A program made the translations under genes and the position numbers. DNA of 64,000 nucleotides from an uncultured archaeon (GTDB lineage Archaea; Aenigmatarchaeota; Aenigmatarchaeia; Aenigmatarchaeales; JAHLMS01), in contig CAYGWB010000006.1 of NCBI GenBank assembly GCA_964353775.1, forward strand, positions 4,718-68,717. Reading direction: 5' to 3'. The notes beneath the pieces are model-generated. The model saw only the letters and a program-made list of their open reading frames with translations, did no database searches and was not told where the DNA came from. This document shows, one piece after another, positions 46,884 through 57,013 of the stretch (its first letter is position 1; every line of letters starts with the position of its first letter).

Positions 46884-49800
46884 TCATTTGCGCAGCTTCC
46901 AGAAGGCAAAGACAACTACGGCTGCAGCAAGGAATATGAGTATCGCATTTATCATGGACCATTTGGATTCCTCTGCGACGGCCGTACCGCAGGCCTGGCT
47001 CTCCTGAGAACCCTGGCAGGCGTAGTTGGTCGTGGCAGAACAGCTGTATGCCGTCCTGGTCTGCGTTCCGTTAACGCAGTCCGACCATTCCGTGGCCGGG
47101 TCGCATGTCGGGCAGCCTATGACAGGCGGCGTCACGCCGACGACCTGTGCAGTTATCGCGAAGTAGCTAAGACCGGGGCTCTCGGCGCTGAACAGCACCT
47201 CGTCGTCCGTCTCGTTCACTTCCGTTGTCGGCAGCTCGGTCCATTCGCCCGTCCATCTCAGCAAGCGCGTGCTCGCCCTGTCGACGTTGTTCGCCTCGAA
47301 CCAGTTCTTGCTGATACCGAACTTTATTATTGTGTTGTTTATGTCAGCGTCAGTGATGTTCTCGTGAGCTATGTCCAGATAGTGAGAGACGACTCGATCA
47401 TTGACATTGGTCACACCGGTTGGTTGCTGGTCCAGCCTTGTTATCGTGATATAGATGTTGTTGACGGAGTTCTTGACGCTTATCGATATCTGGCGCACAC
47501 CGGTTGTTTCATCTGCGGTCTTTGTGATTGTGACATTTGCCATCTTTCCGGCGGCTATGGACGGCACGCTGATGGTTGCATTGCCACGATGGACAGTGAC
47601 TCTAGTGGTAGATACGTTGCCGCCACCTCCGCCACCTCCGCCGGTGCTGCCGTACTGGCACGTGGCTGCGCACGAGCCGTAGCAACACAGGTTGCTACTG
47701 CAGTTATTGTCAGCGCTGCAAGACTGTCCGTTTAGCAAAGTGCCTCCTATACCGAAGTTGCTCAGTAAGCTCGAATTGCCCCAGACGTAGTTCGCGTTCG
47801 TATCTACGCCGCCCGGCAGCTGCATCCACGTCGAGTTAGTCTCGTTGTATCTGTACAGCCGCAGGCTCGATTCGTCGATTCCGGCCGGCAGGTCGGAATC
47901 GCTGTAGAACGCCTTGATTATGACCCAGCTCAGTACGGTTCCGTTGAGTGTGTCGTTGGTTTCAACAATAAAGTAGCGCGGGATAACGAGCGGCGTGCTG
48001 ATATTGCTTGTTGTCGGGTTGTTCGGCATCACTGTCACGGATATCGTGGCGTTGACTGTCGTGTTAGTCGTGATCGTGAGGTTGACAACTGTCTGCGTTG
48101 TGCCGTTGATGGTCTCGTTGAAAGTGAAGTTCGTCGTGTTGGTTGCGTTGATCTGTGTCTGCACGTTGCTGGACGTGGCGAACCAGCGTATGATATCGAT
48201 TACTGTGTTTCCGGCAGCGTCCGTGCTGTTGGCCCTGAACATGTAGCCAGTCGCAGGCATCAGGCCTGTAAGGTTGACAATATGATAAGTATCGTTGGTG
48301 GTTACATTCAACGTGCTGTTCGTGAAGTTTGATGAGTTTGTACCGTATAGCAGACCTGTGCTAGAATTCTCGTTCGTCCACCAGCGGATGATCGCGGACG
48401 TGTTTGTGATGTTGGCTACGGTCAAGTTCAGTATGGTCGGCGGGGTGTTGTCTATCCAGACGACGTAGGAACTGTTCGAACCAATGTTATCTATTGCATC
48501 GTATATGCTTACGGATATCGTTCGGTTGCCTTCTGGAACGTTGAGGGCTACTGTATCGTTGCACCAACCACTTGTCTGAGTGATGGTGTTCATTGCCCAT
48601 GATCCGCCACCGGCGTCTATGGCGACAGTGCAGTTCTTATTGCCCAGACCCGATCCGGTATCGTTGACAGAAATGTTAAGCGCTATGCTTGCGTTGCTGT
48701 TCTTCTTTGTAGCGTTGGTGTATCCGAATATCAAAACTTTCGGCGGCGTGTTGTCGACCGCGACATTCGCAACTGTCATGCTGGTGTTCGAGTTGCCGAC
48801 AGCGTCCGTGGCGTTTATTCGTATGGTGTAGTTGCCGTCGGCGACCAAATACGAATTGAAAGTGCCTGTCCAGAAGTTTCCAGATTGGCTAAGTGATGAC
48901 CAGGTACCGTTCAGGCTGGCGTTCTCATATCGCCAGGAAGCACTAGCGACGTAGGTCAGCGCGTCAATTGCGCTGGCGTTGATCGCTATTCCGTCCAAGT
49001 AGAATCGTGAAGTTGGTGCGACTATTGTGACTGCTGGAGCTGTCTGATCCACACGAAAGATGCCCATGTTAATTCCTATGACTCCGCCAGTGTTGTTGCA
49101 GAAGAACGTTACATTGTGCAGACCTTGGACAACTGTACTGTTGTTGTACCAGTGCATCGAGGTATCATTGCTCATCGTGTTGTTCGGTGCAGCGTCAATG
49201 CTGTATTTGCACCATGTCATGTTCTGCGCGGTTGCATTGAACCAGAGGTTGGTTATGCTGTAGTTTCCAATCGGGGACATAATTGTAATCGATACTGTCG
49301 TGTTGACGCTGAAGTTTCGCGCTGTGCTGTTGGTGTTTCCGAGAGTATCATTCGCCCAGACACGGATAGTGTGATTGCCGTTGTTCGCGACGTTGAAGGT
49401 CGTGTTGGCGCAGGCTGGCATTGTAACATTCGCTGCGCCGTCCAAACTGTACGAACAATTGGCCACTCCAGCTGTTCCGACATCAGTGACAACGTACTGC
49501 AGAGGCAGGCTGACGTTATAGTTGTATTCTATGTTCTGCGGCAGAACTATTACGATGTTCGGCGCGACTGTGTCGACAGAGAAATATCTGATGCCTGTGG
49601 AGTTCATAAGGCCTGCGCTGTCGTTGGCGTAGACCTCTATATTGTGATCTCCATGGGCTGCTGTAAATGTAGTATTCAAACAGCCAGTTATTGTGTGCCT
49701 TTCAGACTCCAAGTCAAGCGAGTAGCCGCACCAGCTTAAGGCCGTGCCGGTGCCGTTGGCTGTGAAGTTGAGTGCGATATTGGTTGAGCCGTAGGTCGTG

Positions 49801-52800
49801 TTGGCTGGCAGAATTAGTGTGATAGTTGGATTGATGGTATCCATTGTGAAGAACGTGGGTGTGAGTGTGGCCATGTGACCGACACTGTCATTACAGAAGA
49901 ACTGTACGTAGTTGGATCCTTCGGACGGCACTGTCAAGTTGTAATACCAGGTGGTCGCATTTGTGTAGTTCATCGTCTTGTTGGCAGTGCCGTTCAGGCT
50001 TACGCCGCACCAGTTGCCTGTCTTACTTAGAGTAACGTTCGCCCAGACCCACTTGGGGGTGTATTTCCCGTATGTCGTGTTAGTGGGTGATGTAACATTG
50101 ATTGTTGGTGCGACGGTATCGACGGAGAAGTATCTGATATCGGAGGAGTTCATGTTGCCTGCGCTGTCGTTGGCGTAGAGTATTATGCTGTGAGTGCCAT
50201 CAGAGCTGACATTGAATGTAGTGTTCGCGCAGGCTGGCAGCGTCACGTTCGCTGTGCTATCCAGGCTATAGCCGCACCAAGAAATGTTGGTAGTGGTACC
50301 GTTGGCTGTGAAGTTGAGAGGCAATCCTGTTCTTGTCAGGTAGGTCGCTGTGAAATTGTCTACAGGCGTGATGATTATAATACTCGGCAGCGTTTTGTCG
50401 AATGTGTAGAACATTGGTAGCGAGGCGCCGGTGTAGTTGAATGTGTCATTGGCTGTGGCATTGACTACATGCACACCATCGCTGTAGGCTGTCGTGTTGA
50501 GCAGGAAACTGCATCCGGTATTGGGTGGTGTGCCACCGCATGTCGGAGAGCCAACCGGTACTGCTGGAACAGCATCAACCAGGAGTGTGCTGGTATTGAA
50601 GTTGAAATCAATCACATCAAAGTTTATGGTGCGCGTACCGCTGAGTACGCTGTTATTGAGCGGAGAAGTTATGTTGACAGTTGGCGGCTGAGTATCAACA
50701 CTGAAGTAGCGTATGCTGCTGTTGCCCATGTTGCCGACTGTGTCGTTACAGAAGAACTGTACGTGGTTGGAACCATCGGACGGCACGCTTAGGTTTACGT
50801 ACCAAGCTGTCATGGCAGTTGAACTGTTTGCCATGGTCTGGTTAATGGTGTCATTAAATACGCCGCACCATGCACCTGCTTCGCTCAGGGTGACGTTCGC
50901 CCAGACCGATTTTGTTCCATAGGTCGTGTTGGAAGGCGAAACTATAGTGATTGTTGGGGCCGTTACATCAACAGAGAAGTATCTGATATCGGAGGAGTTC
51001 ATGTTGCCTGCGCTGTCGTTGGCGTAGACTGTTATGTTGTGAGTGCCATGCGCCGCGCTAATTGTGTTGTTCGCGCAGGCTGGCAGCGTCACGTTCGCTG
51101 TGCTATCCAGGCTGTAGCCGCACCAGCTAAGGTTTGTTCCCGTGCCGTTTGCAACGAAGCTAAGGGTAACGTTGGTCGAGTTGTAGGTGATGTTAGCTGG
51201 AGCGATTATCGTGATCGAGGGCAGGATCTTGTCTAGTGTAAAGAATGTGGGTGGTGATGCTGCCATGTTGCCGACTGTGTCGTTACAGAAAATACCAACC
51301 CCGTTCTGACCGTCAGTTATCGATGAAACATTCTTGTACAATGATGTTGCTGACGTGTTGTCCATGGTCAGGTTCCCTGCGCCATTGAGGCTGTAGCCGC
51401 ACCAGTTGGCATCCTCGTTGAGCGTCACATTGACCCATATCCAGTTGAGATTTGTATAGCTCTTGTTCTGAGGTGATGTCACATTTATCTGTGGCGCTAT
51501 GAGATCGTTGTTGTTTATTCTTAGTACGTAGCTTGCCGTCGTTGCGAGTTTGTCTATCGTTATGTTTGTAGAAGGTCCGTTGTTGTAGCTGCTGTTCGGG
51601 TTTGTTAACGGGGTGAAGTTCTGTCCGGCCGTATAAGCGGCATCGTCAAAATTGCCACCAGGTGTCTGATCTTCTGGTACAACACCGGGATAATATGCGT
51701 TTATTGTATTGTTGCCAGCAAAATTGTTTATGACGGTGTTATCGATGTGCCATATAACAACTCCGGCTTCTGGAACTTGAGAATCAAAACCAGTCTTGTT
51801 TCTGAATTCGACTAAAAAGTATTGACATCCCGGATTTGCGGACCAGTTTGTGAAACTCTGCGTACATCCTGGTGCGGGTGCTGCGGCAAACGTGTTGTTT
51901 ATGCTGGTCTCTTTTAGAGTTATTACATCGCTTGTTCCAGGCCCTATCGGTTTCGTGAACGACCAGTTGAACAACAGTTTATGCCAAGGGTCAATGTGCG
52001 AAGGCGGATTCAACCAACCTCCATAATCCATGAGACTCCATTTACCAAAAACGGAAGAACCACCAACGGTATCGTACAGATCAAAGGCACCTATGTCATG
52101 AGCAAGTTCGTGTGCAGCTGTTCCATAGCTCATTGTTGGTGTTGAATAGCTCTGTATTTCCGAGACCGTAAACATCTTGTGGATGGTTACGTTTTCACCT
52201 GTCGCGTATAAAGGAGGATAGCCAGGTCCTCTGTCAGACCAGCTGACGGACCAAATGCAATTTGTACAGCTCGTGTTGCCTGCCTCGTCCTGATCGGCAT
52301 GTACAATCATCAACCTGTCATATTGTGAAAAATCGATTGTGCTATCGCTCACATTTACAGCATCAATCATCATTACCAAAGAACCGAAACCATACGCCGA
52401 AGGTTCCAAACCACAATCTTGATGTATGCCGTTAGGATTAGCACAACCATTATTATGATATCCATAGTAACTCATATTTTGAGGCAGATAGAACCAGTCA
52501 GAACCGTTCGTCTTAAGATCGATAGTAAGGTTAAGACGATCATGTGATAATTCCTTATAGTATGCGACCAGATTCTGGAGGCTGGCATTCACAACGGTAA
52601 GATTTGTTTTGTTTTTAAAATCTGTAAAAACGACTGGTATGACGACGACCTTCTGCGTTCCCATTGTTCCTAAAGTATTATTTGGCAAATCCGTCGATGG
52701 AGCTTTTAATCCGCCATCAATTAATTGCGGCTTCACCATCGATGGCAAATCGCTCACCATGTCTGGGTCCTTTGGGCAGCTGTTGGTCTGCCAGCATGGG

Positions 52801-52889
52801 CTGTCCGGGTGTGCAGGCATGGCGTATGCTACAGTACCGAATACCAGAATCGCAAAAATGATAGCTATTAAGAGTAGTATGTTTCTCAT
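46884..52889 (-). CDS. 2001-aa surface M6 (immune inhibitor A-like) metalloprotease with Ig repeats, FN3-like, PGF-pre-PGF domain and TM anchor
   Basis: AMPA propeptide, HELAHDIGAFDLY, WSLMDYG Met-turn, EYF-like YFLVEFR, repeated VYANDSAGN units, SPGLSYFAI, C-terminal TM. Confidence 0.88.
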   Translation of the reverse strand: MRNILLLIAIIFAILVFGTVAYAMPAHPDSPCWQTNSCPKDPDMVSDLPSMVKPQLIDGGLKAPSTDLPNNTLGTMGTQKVVVIPVVFTDFKNKTNLTVVNASLQNLVAYYKELSHDRLNLTIDLKTNGSDWFYLPQNMSYYGYHNNGCANPNGIHQDCGLEPSAYGFGSLVMMIDAVNVSDSTIDFSQYDRLMIVHADQDEAGNTSCTNCIWSVSWSDRGPGYPPLYATGENVTIHKMFTVSEIQSYSTPTMSYGTAAHELAHDIGAFDLYDTVGGSSVFGKWSLMDYGGWLNPPSHIDPWHKLLFNWSFTKPIGPGTSDVITLKETSINNTFAAAPAPGCTQSFTNWSANPGCQYFLVEFRNKTGFDSQVPEAGVVIWHIDNTVINNFAGNNTINAYYPGVVPEDQTPGGNFDDAAYTAGQNFTPLTNPNSSYNNGPSTNITIDKLATTASYVLRINNNDLIAPQINVTSPQNKSYTNLNWIWVNVTLNEDANWCGYSLNGAGNLTMDNTSATSLYKNVSSITDGQNGVGIFCNDTVGNMAASPPTFFTLDKILPSITIIAPANITYNSTNVTLSFVANGTGTNLSWCGYSLDSTANVTLPACANNTISAAHGTHNITVYANDSAGNMNSSDIRYFSVDVTAPTITIVSPSNTTYGTKSVWANVTLSEAGAWCGVFNDTINQTMANSSTAMTAWYVNLSVPSDGSNHVQFFCNDTVGNMGNSSIRYFSVDTQPPTVNITSPLNNSVLSGTRTINFDVIDFNFNTSTLLVDAVPAVPVGSPTCGGTPPNTGCSFLLNTTAYSDGVHVVNATANDTFNYTGASLPMFYTFDKTLPSIIIITPVDNFTATYLTRTGLPLNFTANGTTTNISWCGYSLDSTANVTLPACANTTFNVSSDGTHSIILYANDSAGNMNSSDIRYFSVDTVAPTINVTSPTNTTYGKYTPKWVWANVTLSKTGNWCGVSLNGTANKTMNYTNATTWYYNLTVPSEGSNYVQFFCNDSVGHMATLTPTFFTMDTINPTITLILPANTTYGSTNIALNFTANGTGTALSWCGYSLDLESERHTITGCLNTTFTAAHGDHNIEVYANDSAGLMNSTGIRYFSVDTVAPNIVIVLPQNIEYNYNVSLPLQYVVTDVGTAGVANCSYSLDGAANVTMPACANTTFNVANNGNHTIRVWANDTLGNTNSTARNFSVNTTVSITIMSPIGNYSITNLWFNATAQNMTWCKYSIDAAPNNTMSNDTSMHWYNNSTVVQGLHNVTFFCNNTGGVIGINMGIFRVDQTAPAVTIVAPTSRFYLDGIAINASAIDALTYVASASWRYENASLNGTWSSLSQSGNFWTGTFNSYLVADGNYTIRINATDAVGNSNTSMTVANVAVDNTPPKVLIFGYTNATKKNSNASIALNISVNDTGSGLGNKNCTVAIDAGGGSWAMNTITQTSGWCNDTVALNVPEGNRTISVSIYDAIDNIGSNSSYVVWIDNTPPTILNLTVANITNTSAIIRWWTNENSSTGLLYGTNSSNFTNSTLNVTTNDTYHIVNLTGLMPATGYMFRANSTDAAGNTVIDIIRWFATSSNVQTQINATNTTNFTFNETINGTTQTVVNLTITTNTTVNATISVTVMPNNPTTSNISTPLVIPRYFIVETNDTLNGTVLSWVIIKAFYSDSDLPAGIDESSLRLYRYNETNSTWMQLPGGVDTNANYVWGNSSLLSNFGIGGTLLNGQSCSADNNCSSNLCCYGSCAATCQYGSTGGGGGGGGNVSTTRVTVHRGNATISVPSIAAGKMANVTITKTADETTGVRQISISVKNSVNNIYITITRLDQQPTGVTNVNDRVVSHYLDIAHENITDADINNTIIKFGISKNWFEANNVDRASTRLLRWTGEWTELPTTEVNETDDEVLFSAESPGLSYFAITAQVVGVTPPVIGCPTCDPATEWSDCVNGTQTRTAYSCSATTNYACQGSQESQACGTAVAEESKWSMINAILIFLAAAVVVFAFWKLRK
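50125..51113. repeat. Near-identical intragenic duplication of Ig repeats (offset about 846-849 bp)
   Basis: 55 bp identical at 50125-50179/50974-51028; 46 bp identical at 50222-50267/51068-51113. Confidence 0.8.
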
Positions 52890-53287
52890 ATTTTTCCCAT
52901 TCTATATGCGATAAACAGCAATATAAGGATAATTATTATTACTGCTGGGAACATAAAAGATGAAAAAATGCATCCTTTCTCCGCATCGAATGTCCTACCG
53001 ATTGGGCATTCACAATACTGTATAAGACCTTCCGTCACTTGAGAGGAAGATTTCCAAGTACCACCGGTGTTTTGACATAAATCCATAGGCGTTTCGCTCT
53101 GACAACCCCATCTGGGAGTGAAGCTCATGTTTTCAGGGCATGTGCATTGGTCATCAATCCAAGTACCGTTCGTCGACGTGCATATCATTTGCACGCTCTC
53201 AGGTGACGGCGGCATCTGCTGTGCAAATACTGGCACTAAAAGAAATATCAGAACGCTTATCAGAAAAATTTCTTTTCTCACGTTCAT
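52886..53287 (-). CDS. Small Cys-rich secreted/membrane protein with two repeats
   Basis: Signal peptide, 2x C..T(N/G)GTW...CxCP...F....GC, C-terminal TM. Confidence 0.75.
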   Translation of the reverse strand: MNVRKEIFLISVLIFLLVPVFAQQMPPSPESVQMICTSTNGTWIDDQCTCPENMSFTPRWGCQSETPMDLCQNTGGTWKSSSQVTEGLIQYCECPIGRTFDAEKGCIFSSFMFPAVIIIILILLFIAYRMGKI

Positions 53288-53811
53288 CCGACCGGCTGGG
53301 TCTCGCCGCCGCATATGTTCTTTCCGACCTCGTTCAGAAGCGTGGTGTTAATATAGATGGGTGCGCCCGAACGGATGGCGAGAGCCATGGCGTCGCTCGG
53401 ACGAAGGTCGAGCCTCAGCAGCTTATCCTGGTCGGTATAGCCGCGCAGGAGAACGTCCGCATAGTACAGCTTGCCGTCAAAACGCTGGATCTGGACGGCC
53501 TCGACAGTAATATTGAAGCTCTTCAGGCTATCAGACCAACTGGTCCATGTGTCCGGCCTGGTTATTGTCCGGTTGGCAAGCGCGTCTGTAATCCCTTGCG
53601 CACGTTCCGCGGTGGTGTCAGCAACCATGGCCGTGCAGTTGGCGCCAGTTATTATTGTAATGCCGTCGACTTCCAGAACGCCGCCCGGCCACACCTTTGT
53701 GTAACCTTCTGTGCTGAAGTATTGCATCACGGCCAGACCTGCGAATATCAGCACGATGGCTGTGGCGACGATGCCGAAAGCCATAGAAATTTCAGGTTCG
53801 TGTTTTCGCAT
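53284..53811 (-). CDS. DUF151 bifunctional nuclease domain protein with N-terminal TM
   Basis: RPDT, YYADVLL, LDLRPSDAMALAIRSGAPIY. Confidence 0.85.
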   Translation of the reverse strand: MRKHEPEISMAFGIVATAIVLIFAGLAVMQYFSTEGYTKVWPGGVLEVDGITIITGANCTAMVADTTAERAQGITDALANRTITRPDTWTSWSDSLKSFNITVEAVQIQRFDGKLYYADVLLRGYTDQDKLLRLDLRPSDAMALAIRSGAPIYINTTLLNEVGKNICGGETQPVG

Positions 53812-53846
53812 AAAGACCCTTGTTACTGTCTGAATAAAAAGATAAC

Positions 53847-53924
53847 TGGCGCCCCGGACGCGATTCGAACGCGCGACCCCCTGCTTAGGAGGCAGGTGCT
53901 CTATCCAAACTGAGCTACCGGGGC
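53847..53924 (-). tRNA. tRNA-Arg(CCT)
   Basis: GCCCCGG TAGCTCAG...CCTGC-CT-CCT-AA-GCAGG...GTTCGAATC...CCA. Confidence 0.96.
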
Positions 53925-53978
53925 ATTTGATTTGTTGGATTCTGATTATTTTAAAGCAAGCTGTGACAATTATTTTTC

Positions 53979-54476
53979 ATGAAATGCGCGTTATGCGGCA
54001 AGAGCAAGTACAGGCATGTGCCAGGCGTCGGGAACCCTAAGGCGAAGATTATGTTCGTGGGCGAGGCGCCCGGCAAGAATGAGGACGTGCTCGGCAAGCC
54101 GTTTGTCGGCCTTGCCGGCCAATTCGTGAGCAGGCAGCTGGCCGAAATAGGAATCAACCGCAAGGACGTGTGGATAACGAACGTGGTCAAACACAGGTTC
54201 GTCGGTCCGCCCGACCAAGAAAGCATTGAGAAGAGCCTGCCCGACCTTATGAAGGAGATACGGACGGTAAGGCCTAAGCTGGTCGTACTGTTCGGCAGCA
54301 CGGCGATCAAGGCCGTACTAGGCAAGGACTATTTCGTCGTAAAACATCACGGCAGGATCGTCATTAAAAATAATATCAAGTTCTTTCCGACGGTCCATCC
54401 GTCTGCTGCCCGGCAGTATAAGAAAATGAGGAAGTTGTCACTAGAAGATTTCCAGAAGCTAGAGCGGCTCATCTGA
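53979..54476 (+). CDS. Uracil-DNA glycosylase family 4
   Basis: GEAPG, PFVG.AG, TNVVK, HPSA. Confidence 0.92.
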   Translation: MKCALCGKSKYRHVPGVGNPKAKIMFVGEAPGKNEDVLGKPFVGLAGQFVSRQLAEIGINRKDVWITNVVKHRFVGPPDQESIEKSLPDLMKEIRTVRPKLVVLFGSTAIKAVLGKDYFVVKHHGRIVIKNNIKFFPTVHPSAARQYKKMRKLSLEDFQKLERLI

Positions 54477-55368
54477 GCGTTATTCTAAGCCCGTCCTTCG
54501 CCAGGACAGTCGACTTGAAGATCGGCTTAACGACGCGAACTATCTCGGCTTCCGTCTTGTAGCGCCTGCTGAGGTGCGTGAGCACGAGCTTTTTCACCCC
54601 GTACTGCTTCGCGAACCGAGCTACCTGCTGGACCGAAGGGTGCGCATATGCAGGCGCAGGCTCGATGAACGTCCCGTCATGCAGCAACAGGTCCGCGCCT
54701 TTCGCGAACTTGAACAGCGGGCGGTGGACGAGAGTGTCACCGGAATAAATCACCTTTCTGCCAGCGGTCTGTCTGGCTATGTCCGAAAGCTTGACGGTCC
54801 GCTTACCGACCTTCAGCCTGCCGCGCAGCTTGATCTTACCGAGCGACGGACCGGGACCGAGCCCGAACTTTTTCAACAGCCTCTTGTCTATGTGCCAGTG
54901 CGTCTTCTCGACGAGCGCAAACCCGCAGGACGGCACGCTGTGCTTAGTTTTTACCGCCCACATCTCGTACTCCGAAGTCTCAAAGAGCTTCTCGTACTGC
55001 TCTCGTCCGCAGTCCTTTACAATGACCTTGAAGCCGATGGACCAGTAACTTAGATCGAGGATGTCATCCACGAAGCGGGCCGCATCCGGGCCGTATATGT
55101 ACAAAGGAGCTGTCCGATTGTTTAGGTGCATGGTTTCCAGAAGAGGCAAAAGGCCGGCGAAGTGGTCGGCATGCCAGTGCGTGATGAATATCTTGTTTAT
55201 ACGGACCGGGCTGACGCCTGCCCGCTCGAGTTCGACCTGGGCGTTCTCGCCGCAGTCGAGCATGAAGCAGTCAGCTTCGCGCTGAAGAAGTATCGCAGGA
55301 TGGCCGCGCTTCGGCGTCGGTATGGCGCTGCCTGAACCCAGAACGGTGACAATTATTGGCACGGGCAT
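54469..55368 (-). CDS. rnz: Ribonuclease Z
   Basis: LGSGSAIPT, DCGE, THWHADH, GP-rich exosite, YSGDT, LTHLSRRY. Confidence 0.95.
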   Translation of the reverse strand: MPVPIIVTVLGSGSAIPTPKRGHPAILLQREADCFMLDCGENAQVELERAGVSPVRINKIFITHWHADHFAGLLPLLETMHLNNRTAPLYIYGPDAARFVDDILDLSYWSIGFKVIVKDCGREQYEKLFETSEYEMWAVKTKHSVPSCGFALVEKTHWHIDKRLLKKFGLGPGPSLGKIKLRGRLKVGKRTVKLSDIARQTAGRKVIYSGDTLVHRPLFKFAKGADLLLHDGTFIEPAPAYAHPSVQQVARFAKQYGVKKLVLTHLSRRYKTEAEIVRVVKPIFKSTVLAKDGLRITLR

Positions 55369-55425
55369 AGCAAGAATAGGCAAAGGTTTATATATCTCCG
55401 TTTGTTACTATATATTAGTGATGAC

Positions 55426-55557
55426 ATGGGAAAATGCGATTGGGTAAAAAGCGGTGAAGGACACGAGGGCTGGCAGGACGTATACGCCGCAATGGGCGTC
55501 GCCCCTCCGTATGAAGATAAGAAATATTCGGATCGCAAACCTAAGTCATATTCTTAG
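55426..55557 (+). CDS. Putative 43-aa small protein
   Basis: MGKCDWVKSGEGHEGWQDVYAAMGVAPPYEDKKYSDRKPKSYS*; TATA and GTGAT SD-like upstream; fills rnz-cca gap. Confidence 0.45.
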   Translation: MGKCDWVKSGEGHEGWQDVYAAMGVAPPYEDKKYSDRKPKSYS

Positions 55558-55558
55558 A

Positions 55559-56983
55559 CTAATTGGCGACGTTCAGGTCGGTCTCGAACCAGCCGCGGAT
55601 CCAACTGCGGAAAGACTCGGGCAACTGTCCCATAAGTTTTAGCGTATCTGCACCCGACACGACCGTTGCTTTCGTAATCGCAGGCGCCAGCTTTGTCGGT
55701 ATTCCCGATTTCAAGAGCTCCTTCTCGTTCCTGCCCAGGAAATCTTTCAGGAAGAACAGGGCGGAAACGTGTTTGTGCGGGGTCTCCACTATCCATTTCC
55801 CGTTCTCGATGAAGACCTTATGTTCCTTGTAGTGCTTCAGGAAGTCGTTCGCGTGCCTGGCAAAGATGTCCGGCCCGACGTTCTTGTCTATCCTCGGCAG
55901 CAGCCACTCCTTCATCTCGATTACGAGCGCGCACTGCTCCTCGTCGGCCCAGGCCGCTTTCCTGAGGACCTCGAAATCGGCCTCATGGAGCTTTGTCTGC
56001 AGAATGTCCAGACAACGTCTCATCTGCGGCCAGAGTATGTCGTCGACTACGGCCGGTCTTTTGAATGATATCGCATACCAGCGCGTACCGCGGTTGCGGA
56101 TGCGCTTGACTATGTCAGCGACTGAATAAGGATTGGATAAAGGCGGAAGGAAGAACTCCTTTGACGGCCTCCGTATGAAATCTCGGCAGGCGCGCACGAA
56201 CCTGAAGAAGGCCTCGGGTGAGACGGCTGCTGCAACGTTCCTGTTCGGGTCGACCGGATCGATGATTATCAACGGTGAGTTGAACTTCTCGAAGGTCTTG
56301 GGCGCAGGCTTTCCTTTCAGGTCTATGATGTGTCCGGCCTTCCATTCGGCTGCCGCAGAAACGACGTCTGCGAACATTCCGTAGTTGAGTACGAGCAGCT
56401 CGCAGAGATAGCCTGAGAACCCCTGCGTCTTCGTGTCCGCTCCGTAGACGCCGGCCGACATCGCGAAGGCCTTCAGCAGCCTGACATCGTCCGGAACCTT
56501 CAGATTGTCCTTCACGTAACGGACGTGATGCGGCGTACGGTCCACGGCCGACTGTATCTTTGCCGGATTGAGAATCTCGTAGCAGGGGACCAGATCCACC
56601 TTGAACGTGACATTGCCGGCATTGACAGTGCCTGTCAGGTACGGGTGCTCAGCATAGGCGGTCCTGCCTTTGCCGCCGATATCTTCCATGATGCTCTTGG
56701 CGAGCGCCATTCCGTGCTCCTCGAGCTTCTTTCTCGGCAGCATCTGATTGAAAAGAAGGAATACGTCGAGCTCGTTCTTGCTGGCCAGCCACGTGTTCTT
56801 GGCAACCGAACCACAAACCATGGGCTTTGCGCTATATGGCTTGCCTGCTGTCGCGCCTACCTTCATCAGCCTGTCCGCAATCTTTTCCATGGCCTTCCTT
56901 TCCTCCTCCGAAGGCCTGAGCTTTGTGAGCATATTGCGTGTTATCTTAGAAATGGCCGATGCGGCTGCTGACGATATTTGCAT
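55559..56983 (-). CDS. cca: Archaeal CCA-adding enzyme (class I)
   Basis: GSVAKNTWL..ELDVF, YAEHPY, DLVPCY, SAVDRTPHH, GFSGYLCELL, DPVDPNRNVAAA. Confidence 0.96.
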   Translation of the reverse strand: MQISSAAASAISKITRNMLTKLRPSEEERKAMEKIADRLMKVGATAGKPYSAKPMVCGSVAKNTWLASKNELDVFLLFNQMLPRKKLEEHGMALAKSIMEDIGGKGRTAYAEHPYLTGTVNAGNVTFKVDLVPCYEILNPAKIQSAVDRTPHHVRYVKDNLKVPDDVRLLKAFAMSAGVYGADTKTQGFSGYLCELLVLNYGMFADVVSAAAEWKAGHIIDLKGKPAPKTFEKFNSPLIIIDPVDPNRNVAAAVSPEAFFRFVRACRDFIRRPSKEFFLPPLSNPYSVADIVKRIRNRGTRWYAISFKRPAVVDDILWPQMRRCLDILQTKLHEADFEVLRKAAWADEEQCALVIEMKEWLLPRIDKNVGPDIFARHANDFLKHYKEHKVFIENGKWIVETPHKHVSALFFLKDFLGRNEKELLKSGIPTKLAPAITKATVVSGADTLKLMGQLPESFRSWIRGWFETDLNVAN

Positions 56984-57013
56984 GTTTGTATAGCGCGAAC
57001 GCGACTAATAAAA

